Source of the DNA: Sedimentisphaerales bacterium
GTDB taxonomy: Bacteria; Planctomycetota; Phycisphaerae; Sedimentisphaerales; SM23-30
Strand: one strand, 5' to 3'
DNA: 64,000 nucleotides
Assembly (NCBI GenBank): GCA_963666285.1
Contig: OY762711.1
Below the pieces are notes generated by a model that did not search any database, was not told the origin of the DNA, and was given only the letters and a program-made list of their open reading frames with translations. Of the stretch, positions 51,724 to 59,420 are shown in pieces. The translations under genes and the position numbers were made by a program. The number at the start of each line of letters is the position of its first letter. Within the stretch, counting starts at the first letter, position 1.

Positions 51724-53235
51724 TCAATATACTAATACCTGGACAGTAGCCGATTTTGACCTTATTGAAGCTTTTTCCCTTAACGCTTCGATTCTCTGCT
51801 GGTCGATCTGGTCTATGAGCCCCGGGATTAACTCAAGGAACGGTATTACAAACGACATTTTTGTAACAAAATGCCTTTGTACCGGCCATTTGTCACTTTC
51901 CGACTGACCGGGTTCACCTTCAAATTCAGAAGCGAAAATCCCTATGACAAAGTCACTTTGCCCAATAACAGCTCCTCCGGCATTACCCGGCCCTGCAGCA
52001 CATTCAACTTGACAGAATCTAATATTAGGTGCAGATTGAGAAATAATATTCTCTTCCTGTGATTTTTGCTTCAAAATAACTTCTTTTTGCTTTCCATATT
52101 GAATACTACTGTCACCAGATAAAGAAATGACTTTACCATTAACAAAATCGGCAGCAGCTGAAGTTTTGACTGCGGTTTTATAACCATAAGTCCAAATAGG
52201 TTCATCCAGTTTAATGTTATAATCCGGGTCAGCTATAGGCAGTGGACGACAATTTACATATCCTTTTATTTTGAGTAATGCAAAATCTACAGTACTGTCA
52301 TACATGACCAGTTCGGCCGGTATGATTCCAAGCTCTGATTTGACCTTAATTTTTTTCGTGTCTCTGATAATATGGTATGAGGTCAGTATATAACCATCCT
52401 TAGTAATAAAAAATCCAGTTCCTCCCCTAACCGGTCCGTCAGGAATAATTTCACTGGAGACATTTTGATTGACAATTCCATCTTTTTTAAGCTCATCTAT
52501 AAAATCACTGGCAAACTTAACGGCTTTTTGTTTTTCATATGTGCTTAAAGATTGCTCAACAACCGATTTCAGAGCTTCAACGTCAATATCATTATATTCC
52601 GCCAGCAAAAGCCATTTATATGCAGAAATATAGTCTTCATTAACACCTTCGGCAACAAGAAATAAGCAGCCAAGAATATATTGAGCCTGACCATCATTGT
52701 TTTTAGCTGCCCTGGAAAACCACAAAACCGCCTTATCGATATCCTTGTCAATACCTATGCCACGATAATACATTAATCCCATGTTATATTGGGCACGAGG
52801 ATATTTTTGTTTTGCAGCTTTATGGAAATAGTCAAATGCCTTTTGATGATTTAAATCAACCCCTTTTCCCTGATAGTATAAATATCCTAGAGTAGTCTGA
52901 CATGCAGGATCGTCCAGTCCTGCACCTTTTTCGAACCAGATCGCAGCTGTTTTATGATCCTGTGCTACCCCTCTACCATTATAATACCTGGAGCCTAATT
53001 CGTAACAAATGTCAGGATCAACATTGTCTGCCTTTGCCAGCTTTATTAATTCATCGTTAGGAATGTCCTGAATAGCCACATCCTTAGGTTCAGCAACCCC
53101 ACCACCAATAGCAAATGGATTAGCAATAGCAGCATAGGCATTGCCAGAAAATAATAAAATAAGATATACAAATGACAAGAAAGTTAAAAAACTAGACGCA
53201 AAATATCTATTATTGGCTGCGACCTGGGTTTTCAT
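51724..53235 (-). CDS. Sel1-repeat protein fused to a trypsin-like (S1C) domain lacking the catalytic Ser
   Basis: Four Sel1 repeats (LG..Y..G.GV), then GTGFFITKDGYILTSYHII, DFALLK and GPGNAGG in place of PGNSGG. Confidence 0.85.
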   Translation of the reverse strand: MKTQVAANNRYFASSFLTFLSFVYLILLFSGNAYAAIANPFAIGGGVAEPKDVAIQDIPNDELIKLAKADNVDPDICYELGSRYYNGRGVAQDHKTAAIWFEKGAGLDDPACQTTLGYLYYQGKGVDLNHQKAFDYFHKAAKQKYPRAQYNMGLMYYRGIGIDKDIDKAVLWFSRAAKNNDGQAQYILGCLFLVAEGVNEDYISAYKWLLLAEYNDIDVEALKSVVEQSLSTYEKQKAVKFASDFIDELKKDGIVNQNVSSEIIPDGPVRGGTGFFITKDGYILTSYHIIRDTKKIKVKSELGIIPAELVMYDSTVDFALLKIKGYVNCRPLPIADPDYNIKLDEPIWTYGYKTAVKTSAAADFVNGKVISLSGDSSIQYGKQKEVILKQKSQEENIISQSAPNIRFCQVECAAGPGNAGGAVIGQSDFVIGIFASEFEGEPGQSESDKWPVQRHFVTKMSFVIPFLELIPGLIDQIDQQRIEALREKASIRSKSATVQVLVY

Positions 53236-53366
53236 AGGGCTTTCCTTAACAGTAATAATAAAGTTTTACTAGTAATTATGCTTACATTATAATATATGAT
53301 TCAAAAGTAAGCAAGTTGAATAATTACACATAAAATATTTAATTACAAATAGATAAAGGAAGAAAG

Positions 53367-53816
53367 ATGCCGGCCTTTAATACTACTGACTATAATATTT
53401 TGCGAAAACAATTTGAAGAGCTGAGAAATGCGACGCCTAATATCGTATCCAGGATGAGTACGCTCGCAGCCTTACTTCACCACAATATGCCCCAAAATTC
53501 ATGGACAGGTTTTTACTTATTGGAAGGTAGTGAATTAATTGTTGGACCATTTCAAGGACTAATTGCATGCCTGAACCTCAAAAAGGATACCGGGGTTTGT
53601 TGGGCATGCGTGAACCAGCAGAAATCCATAGTAGTGGCAAATGTGCACGAATTCCCTGGACACATAGCATGCGATTCAAAAAGCTGCAGTGAAATAGTAA
53701 TTCCATGTTATAGCGATAATAAAATATTTGCGATACTAGATATTGACAGCCATGATTTTAATGCTTTTAACCAGAATGACGCCAATGAACTAGAAAAAAT
53801 AGTATCACTATTGTAA
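53367..53816 (+). CDS. GAF-domain protein, free methionine-R-sulfoxide reductase (fRMsr/MsrC) family
   Basis: WTGFYL, GPFQGLIAC, GVC, VHEFPGHIACD..SEIVIP and LDIDS. Confidence 0.9.
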   Translation: MPAFNTTDYNILRKQFEELRNATPNIVSRMSTLAALLHHNMPQNSWTGFYLLEGSELIVGPFQGLIACLNLKKDTGVCWACVNQQKSIVVANVHEFPGHIACDSKSCSEIVIPCYSDNKIFAILDIDSHDFNAFNQNDANELEKIVSLL

Positions 53817-53833
53817 TTGTAAAAAGGATAAGA

Positions 53834-54901
53834 ATGACAAAAAAAACAAAAGCAATCAAGGTAGGCCCACTCCATATAGGTGGCAATCATCCCGTTATTG
53901 TTCAAAGCATGACCAATACCTATACGCACGATATTGATAAAACTATTGGCCAGATTAACTTACTGGCTAATTCGGGCTGCGAACTTGTCAGGGTTGCAGT
54001 GCCTAAGCCGGAAGATACTGCTGCTTTGCCTGAAATAATTAAACAGAGCCCTGTACCAATAGTTGCCGATGTGCATTTTCATTATAGAAGAGCAATCGAA
54101 GCGATCGAAGCCGGAGTAGTAAAAATAAGGCTTAATCCCGGCAATATCGCAGACAGGAAACAGGTAGATGAAGTTATAGCGGCATGCAAAATTAACGGAA
54201 CCGCGATAAGGATAGGAGTAAACGAAGGCAGTATTGTTGACCTTAAGGATAAGCAGCAAAAAAAACAGGAACTTCAGCGTCCTATGCCGGAACTGATGGC
54301 GGAGAAAATGGCCGAATACCTTGATATTTTTGATTCAAATAATTTTGACAACTTAGTTTTATCAGCCAAATGCCACGATTCTCAAACCACAATTGCGGTA
54401 AACAGGCTAATCTCGGAGAAATTCGATTTTCCGATACATCTTGGAGTAACGCATGCCGGATTGCCTATGACGGCTGCAATTCGCAGTTCAGTTGCTCTTG
54501 GGGTATTATTAGATGAAGGTATCGGTAATACTATTAGAGTCTCAATTGCGGGTGACCCAAACATAGAACTGCAAGTAGCCTGGGAGATACTCACGTCGCT
54601 CGGATTGAGAAAGCCATGGAAACCGGAACTGATTGTATGCCCTACCTGCGGAAGATGCGAAGTGGATCTGCTTGGAATGGCCGAGAAAGTTGAAAAAGCC
54701 TTGGAATCTGTTAGAAAGCCGGTAAAAATAGCAGTAATGGGTTGTGTTGTAAATGGCCCAGGAGAAGCTGAAGGAGCAGACCTGGCGATTTGTGGAGGCA
54801 AGGATAAGGTAGTTTTGTATAAAAATGGGGAGTTGCTTTGCACTGCAAGTGTAGATGAAGGTATCAGGGTGATGCTGGAGCAGATTTCGTATATGAAATA
54901 A
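53834..54901 (+). CDS. ispG: 4-hydroxy-3-methylbut-2-en-1-yl diphosphate synthase
   Basis: VQSMTNT, VADVHF, RLNPGNI, RIGVN.GS, GIGNTIRVS, CPTCGR and VMGCVVNGPGEA. Confidence 0.97.
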   Translation: MTKKTKAIKVGPLHIGGNHPVIVQSMTNTYTHDIDKTIGQINLLANSGCELVRVAVPKPEDTAALPEIIKQSPVPIVADVHFHYRRAIEAIEAGVVKIRLNPGNIADRKQVDEVIAACKINGTAIRIGVNEGSIVDLKDKQQKKQELQRPMPELMAEKMAEYLDIFDSNNFDNLVLSAKCHDSQTTIAVNRLISEKFDFPIHLGVTHAGLPMTAAIRSSVALGVLLDEGIGNTIRVSIAGDPNIELQVAWEILTSLGLRKPWKPELIVCPTCGRCEVDLLGMAEKVEKALESVRKPVKIAVMGCVVNGPGEAEGADLAICGGKDKVVLYKNGELLCTASVDEGIRVMLEQISYMK

Positions 54902-54919
54902 AAAGCACAGGAGAAAATA

Positions 54920-55486
54920 GTGGCTGAAGGCAAAGACGTAATTAGAAGTAATATTAAGAAGAAGATTTTAGCTTATTCACAAGACGAAATTAATGGTTAT
55001 AGCCGCGATATTTGCAATAATCTGCAATCAATAAATGAGTTTATTGAAGCTAATGTGGTTATGGCTTTTATTAGTATTCCAGGCGAGGTAAATACATCTT
55101 ACATTATAGATGAGTGTTTCAAGTTAGGTAAAAGCGTAGTTGTGCCAAAAGTAAACTGGGAAAATAATACCATGTTTGCCGTTCAAATTGCCTGCAAAGA
55201 TCAGCAATTAAAACCTAACAAATACGGGATTTTTGAACCAGAAAATTCCGACGAATATTCTGTTGAAGATATTGATTTAATAGTAGTTCCAGGCCTTGGA
55301 TTCGATGAAAATTTAAATCGGCTTGGTCGCGGAGGAGGATTTTACGACAAATATCTGAGCCAAAACGGGTGCAGAGCCTTCAAATGCGGGGTTGCGTTCG
55401 AGATTCAAATGCTAACCAATATGCTGGTTTGCGTGCATGACCAGAAAGTTGACCTGTTAATAACGGAAAAGCGTATAATACGTTAA
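54920..55486 (+). CDS. 5-formyltetrahydrofolate cyclo-ligase
   Basis: YGIFEP, DLIVVPGLGFD, RLGRGGGFYD and HDQKVD. Confidence 0.93.
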   Translation: MAEGKDVIRSNIKKKILAYSQDEINGYSRDICNNLQSINEFIEANVVMAFISIPGEVNTSYIIDECFKLGKSVVVPKVNWENNTMFAVQIACKDQQLKPNKYGIFEPENSDEYSVEDIDLIVVPGLGFDENLNRLGRGGGFYDKYLSQNGCRAFKCGVAFEIQMLTNMLVCVHDQKVDLLITEKRIIR

Positions 55487-55544
55487 GTTGTTTCAAAATA
55501 GTGCACTTACAGGGATTATTTTTCATAATTATTGAAAATAACTG

Positions 55545-55572
55545 TTGACAAATATATACAAAACACTAATAT
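55545..55572 (+). promoter_or_regulatory. Sigma70-type promoter of tRNA-Ile2
   Basis: TTGACA (55545-55550), 16-bp spacer, TAATAT (55567-55572), followed by a leader hairpin CTCAAATGAAA...TTTCATTTGAG. Confidence 0.65.
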
Positions 55573-55634
55573 TTATAATTCTCAAATGAAAGAGAAATTC
55601 ATTTTCATTTGAGATGTCGGTTTTAATACCGGTG

Positions 55635-55708
55635 GGGCCTATAGCTCAGTTGGTTAGAGCATTCGACTCATAATCGAACGGTCCAAGGTTCGAGTCCTTG
55701 TGGGCCCA
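55635..55708 (+). tRNA. tRNA with CAT anticodon, most likely tRNA-Ile2 (lysidine); CCA not encoded
   Basis: Acceptor GGGCCTA/TGGGCCC, TAGCTCAGTTGGTTAGAGC D-arm, TTCGA-CTCATAA-TCGAA anticodon arm, CAAGG-TTCGAGT-CCTTG T-arm. It has no initiator features, and the body resembles tRNA-Ile. Confidence 0.9.
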
Positions 55709-56957
55709 TCAGCTGTAAGTTATTAGAATTGCAAGATTTAGCAACTTTTCGCAAAGTCTCGCAGTTTTCCTGACTTACAGCTTTTTTTATGCGCTCCCCT
55801 GTTTTTTCATTCGAGCCGCTGCAAGCCAATTCTCGCATATTCTGCGCCGCATTTTGCGCCGCTTTTTTATAGTGTTCTTCGGTCACTTGCAGATAGTGTT
55901 TCATGGCAACCTCTGGCGTATTACCTAGCCATGCAGTCACCACCTGTATCGGATAACTTTCTACCAATTCAGTTTCCCTGGTAGCTCTCAGGTTTTGAAA
56001 CACCTTTGGCCACGGGTTTAACCCTGCTTTCTCAATTATCCTGTTAGCTTGTGTACGTAAGTTTGAATTATTCTCATCATATATAGTAATTATTCTGTTT
56101 TCACCATCGGGAGCAAGCTCAAAGGCTTCTCTCAGGAGCGGCAGCAGCTCAGGAAATATCGGCACAATTCGCGTTTCCCGACCTTCAATATGCTCGGTTT
56201 TTGGACTGCGAACAATAAATCGGCTCTTACTCCAATTAACATTATTCCACGTCAAGCCGAATAACTCGGAAGGAATACGCAAACCGCCATATCTGGCAAA
56301 TGCAAATATCAGCCGCCATTGAACATTAGGACAGGCTTCTATAACCTGCTGCATCTCATCACGGCCAATAAATACCATACGGTCGTTTGAGGTGCGGTTT
56401 GCAGTTGCAACATCAGCAAAAGGGTTCTCGGTAATAATACGTTTCTTAATTGCAGCAGCAAAAAACTGCTTTGCTATTTTACTACGTCTATGAACTGTCG
56501 GCATCGCGAGCCCCTACTCGATCAGATACGACCGAAAATTCTGGGCATCAAACGCTGTGAAGTCTTTAACTTGTTTATCGCCCGCAAAGCCTCTAAGATT
56601 ATTAGCGGCACTATTCCAGGTCTTTACAGTTGATTCCTTTACGTCAGTACGACTATCCATATAATCGGTAATCCACTTGCTTACTGTTGGATTTCCTTCG
56701 ATCTCCAGAGGCCGACACAGTTCAACCTTTACCAGCTTATCCCGCAAAACTGGGCTGATCTCATTAAGCCATTCAGCATCTAACCGAGAAGGCTCAACAC
56801 CCTGAATTTTAGCAGACAGTAGGCTTTCGAGCCGTGTTTTGAACGATTCCGCATCACGAACTGAACACTTGCCAATCCTGATCTGTTTGCGGTTGCCGTT
56901 GTGATCAACGAACGCAATACGCTTTTTGCCACCTTGATCTTTAATTAAACTCGCCAT
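55668..56957 (-). pseudogene. Tyrosine integrase (429 codons) interrupted by one in-frame TAG at 56514-56516
   Basis: ORFs 56514-56957 and 55668-56504 are in the same frame (..LIE-TAG-GLA-MPT..). Motifs GGLRIPSE, SPKT, FQNLR, WLGN and KHY. Confidence 0.9.
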
Positions 56958-56967
56958 ATTAACGTCC

Positions 56968-57141
56968 TTACTTGATTTCTGAGCGTTGAATAAATTCTCT
57001 GATCGCTGTTTCTGAGATTCTAACCTGGTTACCTGCCTTAAACGCCTTCAGGCTTTTATCTTTGTTTACAAGGTCCCAGACTCGCCTTTCTGACAGCTTC
57101 AACTTGTCAGCAACTTCCTTGTAACTGTAAAACTCATCCAT
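56968..57141 (-). CDS. Excisionase-like HTH protein (57 aa)
   Basis: Below the ORF-track cutoff. My translation is MDEFYSYKEVADKLKLSERRVWDLVNKDKSLKAFKAGNQVRISETAIREFIQRSEIK (HTH_17/Xis pattern), with an AAGGA RBS, directly upstream of int. Confidence 0.85.
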   Translation of the reverse strand: MDEFYSYKEVADKLKLSERRVWDLVNKDKSLKAFKAGNQVRISETAIREFIQRSEIK

Positions 57142-57240
57142 TAATCTTATCCTTTCTGTAATAATATGTCATTACAATTTTGTAGTGAATATAATTTTTT
57201 TGCTTACGCTAAAAATATGAGCCAATAAATCTGACCGCGA

Positions 57241-57459
57241 TTAATAATAGTCAATCAACACAGCATCACTTTCATTTATTATCCCATCCGCCCATTCAAA
57301 TGCAATGTGGCTTGCCGCGTACAGCTCACAAGCATGCATATGCCATTGCTCGTTTAAGCCGCCGTAACAGTTCATATCAATAGCAATATCTATCATGGTA
57401 TCGCTTAATTCTTTTAGCCTTCCGGCTATTTCCTGTTTGCTTGGTGTATTTTGATTCAT
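57241..57459 (-). CDS. Hypothetical protein (72 aa) of the integrative element
   Basis: ORF with a TAAGG RBS, co-oriented with the other element genes. Confidence 0.55.
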   Translation of the reverse strand: MNQNTPSKQEIAGRLKELSDTMIDIAIDMNCYGGLNEQWHMHACELYAASHIAFEWADGIINESDAVLIDYY

Positions 57460-57520
57460 ATGTTAACCTTATTGGTTTTGTATTGTCTAACCTGGACGAA
57501 CGAACAGTCCGTAAAAAGGC

Positions 57521-57563
57521 CGGGGTCGATATGCCGCAGGTAAAAGACCTTTAGGAAGGACCC
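57521..57563 (-). other. Lambda-type cos-like site (cosQ plus cosN-like)
   Basis: The minus strand reads GGGTCCT-TCCTAAAGGTCTTTTACCTGCG-GCATATCGACCC-CG; lambda reads GGGTCCT-TTCCGGTGATCCGACAGGTTACG-GGGCGGCGACCT-CG. Confidence 0.5.
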
Positions 57564-57564
57564 G

Positions 57565-58230
57565 CTACATTGCCTTTTTGAAACATTGCCCAATATTATC
57601 ACATTTTGGATTATCATTTATAGCTTTTAGACAATAATCAAGACCTTTTAGTAGTAGTGCCTGTTGTACGCTTTTGTAGTCATTTATATCAAGCCTGACA
57701 ATTTTTTTGCTTTTCCGATTTTTATTCCATCTATTGATAACTGTCTGAATTTGGTCTGAATATTCGGGTTTTAAGTTGGGACTGTATTCGTAAGAAATAT
57801 TATTTTTTATTTCTTTTATATTTTTTATATTATTAATATTATGGTTGGCTGTTATGTCCCTGTTTTCAGACAAATTGTCCCTAGTTTTGGACAACGTGTC
57901 TCTATCACAAGACAAAGTGTCCCCGATTCCAGATAGTGTATTATTACTTGATGGATGCTTATTAAACAGCAGCATGATCTCATCGCTAGCTACTAACACC
58001 CTGCGGGAATGACTACCGGTATTAACGATATATTTACTGTCTTTAAGCCGCTTAATTACCCGATTAATAGACCTTGTATGAGTATTAAACAATATTGCTA
58101 GTTGCTCATTACTTTGTTTAAGACCTTTTGGCAAGGTGGCTGATAAGACTAATATCTGAAGCTCATATGCCGAAGTAATACCAAGCCGATTAATTGCTAT
58201 CGGAAAACTACAATATTTTAAATCGCTCAT
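57565..58230 (-). CDS. Phage-type HTH replication initiator
   Basis: N-terminal winged HTH (SNEQLAILFNTHTRSINRVIKRLKDSKYI), central repeated DTLS heptads encoded by iterons, then an N/I/K-rich linker, as in lambda O-like initiators. Confidence 0.7.
   Translation of the reverse strand: MSDLKYCSFPIAINRLGITSAYELQILVLSATLPKGLKQSNEQLAILFNTHTRSINRVIKRLKDSKYIVNTGSHSRRVLVASDEIMLLFNKHPSSNNTLSGIGDTLSCDRDTLSKTRDNLSENRDITANHNINNIKNIKEIKNNISYEYSPNLKPEYSDQIQTVINRWNKNRKSKKIVRLDINDYKSVQQALLLKGLDYCLKAINDNPKCDNIGQCFKKAM
57855..57938. repeat. Four 21-bp iterons (TGTC-N10-GACA) inside rep, next to an AT-rich tract
   Basis: Repeats start at 57855, 57876, 57897 and 57918; a nearly pure A/T tract lies at about 57795-57842. 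Confidence 0.75.
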
Positions 58231-58475
58231 AGATGCTTACCTTTTTTGCCTGCCTGATACGCAATGAAACGCTCAATATTAGGCATATCCAGCTCTATCC
58301 ACTGCATAATCTCTGCCGTTTTCCAAAATCGGCTTTTTCCTATTTTATAACTTGGTGGTATTTTTCCACCTGCCCGCCAATCTCTCCACGTCCTGGGGCT
58401 TACTCCAACAAGTTCTGCTACTTCTTTTTCACGCAATAAAAGCGGCTCTTTTATTGTTTTGTTATCACCTGACAT
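58227..58475 (-). CDS. AlpA-family HTH transcriptional regulator
   Basis: LLREKEVAELVGVSPRTWRDWRAGGKIPPSYKIGKSRFWKTAEIMQWIE matches the AlpA pattern; overlaps rep by ATGA coupling. Confidence 0.85.
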   Translation of the reverse strand: MSGDNKTIKEPLLLREKEVAELVGVSPRTWRDWRAGGKIPPSYKIGKSRFWKTAEIMQWIELDMPNIERFIAYQAGKKGKHL

Positions 58476-58477
58476 AC

Positions 58478-58678
58478 TTACCTCCTCACCTGCATATTAA
58501 AGCAGCCTTGTTTAATCTGGATTGCCTGGCTTTTACTAAACAGCCTGATAATACCGATACGCTTTTTCGGCTTAATTCTCAGCTTACGTATTATGTAAGC
58601 TACCCGCTGCGGCGGCTCTTCAATGAAATCTGCAATTTCAGAAAGTGATAGAAGGTTAATTACTGCTAGTTCTGGCAT
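58478..58678 (-). CDS. Small HTH-type DNA-binding protein (66 aa)
   Basis: Start MPELAV with an AGGAG RBS; LSLSEIADFIEEPPQRVAYIIRK...RLFS. The longer ORF-track version begins inside the IS200 end. Confidence 0.6.
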   Translation of the reverse strand: MPELAVINLLSLSEIADFIEEPPQRVAYIIRKLRIKPKKRIGIIRLFSKSQAIQIKQGCFNMQVRR

Positions 58679-58697
58679 TGGTATTAACTCCTGTAAA

Positions 58698-59300
58698 ATC
58701 ACGCACGCCTCCTGCATAGCAGGAGGTCTGAGGAAGGCCCCTAAAAGGGGCCGTTGGGTTCACTTACTTCAAATTATCTTCATTACGGTCTTTTATTAGT
58801 TGATTCTTGACATAATTCCTTATTACTTCAATGTCAAGTCCAACTGTACTTACATTATAACCTCGAGACCAAAAGCTCCTTCCAAACAAGTTACCTTGAT
58901 GGCGATCAAGTAGCCTGTTTATGCGGATAGCACTTTTGCCCTTCAAAAAACCTATCGCCATTGCAATACTATACTTAGGCGGAACACTTAAAACCATATG
59001 AACATGATCCTTAGCTAAGTTTCCCTCTATTAGTACAATATCCTTTTGACGACATAATTCTCGCAATATCTCTCTAATCTGAGTGCGATTCCTTTTAAAC
59101 CTTTCTATCCTACGATATTTTGGTACCATTACTATATGATACTTACAGTCCCATTTGACATGGGATTGACTTCGCCAGTCTTTCATTTTGGTTCTCCTTT
59201 CGCCCCTTCCAGGGCCTTCCGGAGAACCATTTTATACGCTTACTACGGCAAAGCCTTATAAATTCTCACCGGCAAAGCCGGTGGTTTACGCGGTTACAAT
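58698..59300 (-). mobile_element. IS200-group element (IS200/IS605 family, tnpA only)
   Basis: Subterminal hairpins CCTCCTGC-ATA-GCAGGAGG, GGCCCCT-AAA-AGGGGCC and CACCGGC-AAA-GCCGGTG; an RBS-occluding inverted repeat (59189-59197 / 59221-59229); no TSD. Ends are approximate to a few bp. Confidence 0.85.
58764..59186 (-). CDS. tnpA: Y1 HUH transposase TnpA
   Basis: CKYHIVMVPKYR, DHVH HUH motif, KGKSA, FWSRGY.VSTVG and catalytic Tyr in IRNYVKNQ. Confidence 0.96.
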   Translation of the reverse strand: MKDWRSQSHVKWDCKYHIVMVPKYRRIERFKRNRTQIREILRELCRQKDIVLIEGNLAKDHVHMVLSVPPKYSIAMAIGFLKGKSAIRINRLLDRHQGNLFGRSFWSRGYNVSTVGLDIEVIRNYVKNQLIKDRNEDNLK

Positions 59301-59371
59301 TAAATATAAATCTCAAAACTCAATGTAAAATAGCACGTCGCAATAACCGATTCAATTGCTAATTAAAATCG

Positions 59372-59420
59372 ATTGCTGTATATAGCAATTAATTTTTGAG
59401 ATTGCTATATATAGCAATCT
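59372..59420. promoter_or_regulatory. Tandem palindromic operator-like sites
   Basis: ATTGCTGTATATAGCAAT (59372-59389, one mismatch) and the perfect 22-bp AGATTGCTATATATAGCAATCT (59399-59420). Confidence 0.6.

Noticed and set aside
54901..54920. 6S RNA upstream of the 5-formyl-THF cyclo-ligase gene
   Set aside because: Only 18 bp separate it from ispG, leaving no room.
55635..55708. Calling the CAT tRNA an initiator or elongator tRNA-Met
   Set aside because: It has a paired G1-C72 and no GGG/CCC anticodon stem, so it is not an initiator. The body looks Ile-like, although elongator Met cannot be fully excluded without a covariance model.
56514..56516. Amber recoding (alternative genetic code or pyrrolysine) in the integrase
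   Set aside because: TAG terminates ordinary genes in this window (e.g. lpxI, the M3 peptidase, rep) and no pyl or suppressor genes are seen; a nonsense mutation is simpler.
58764..59300. TnpB/omega-RNA system associated with the IS200/IS605 element
   Set aside because: The element is about 600 bp with tnpA only; there is no tnpB ORF between tnpA and the right-end hairpins.
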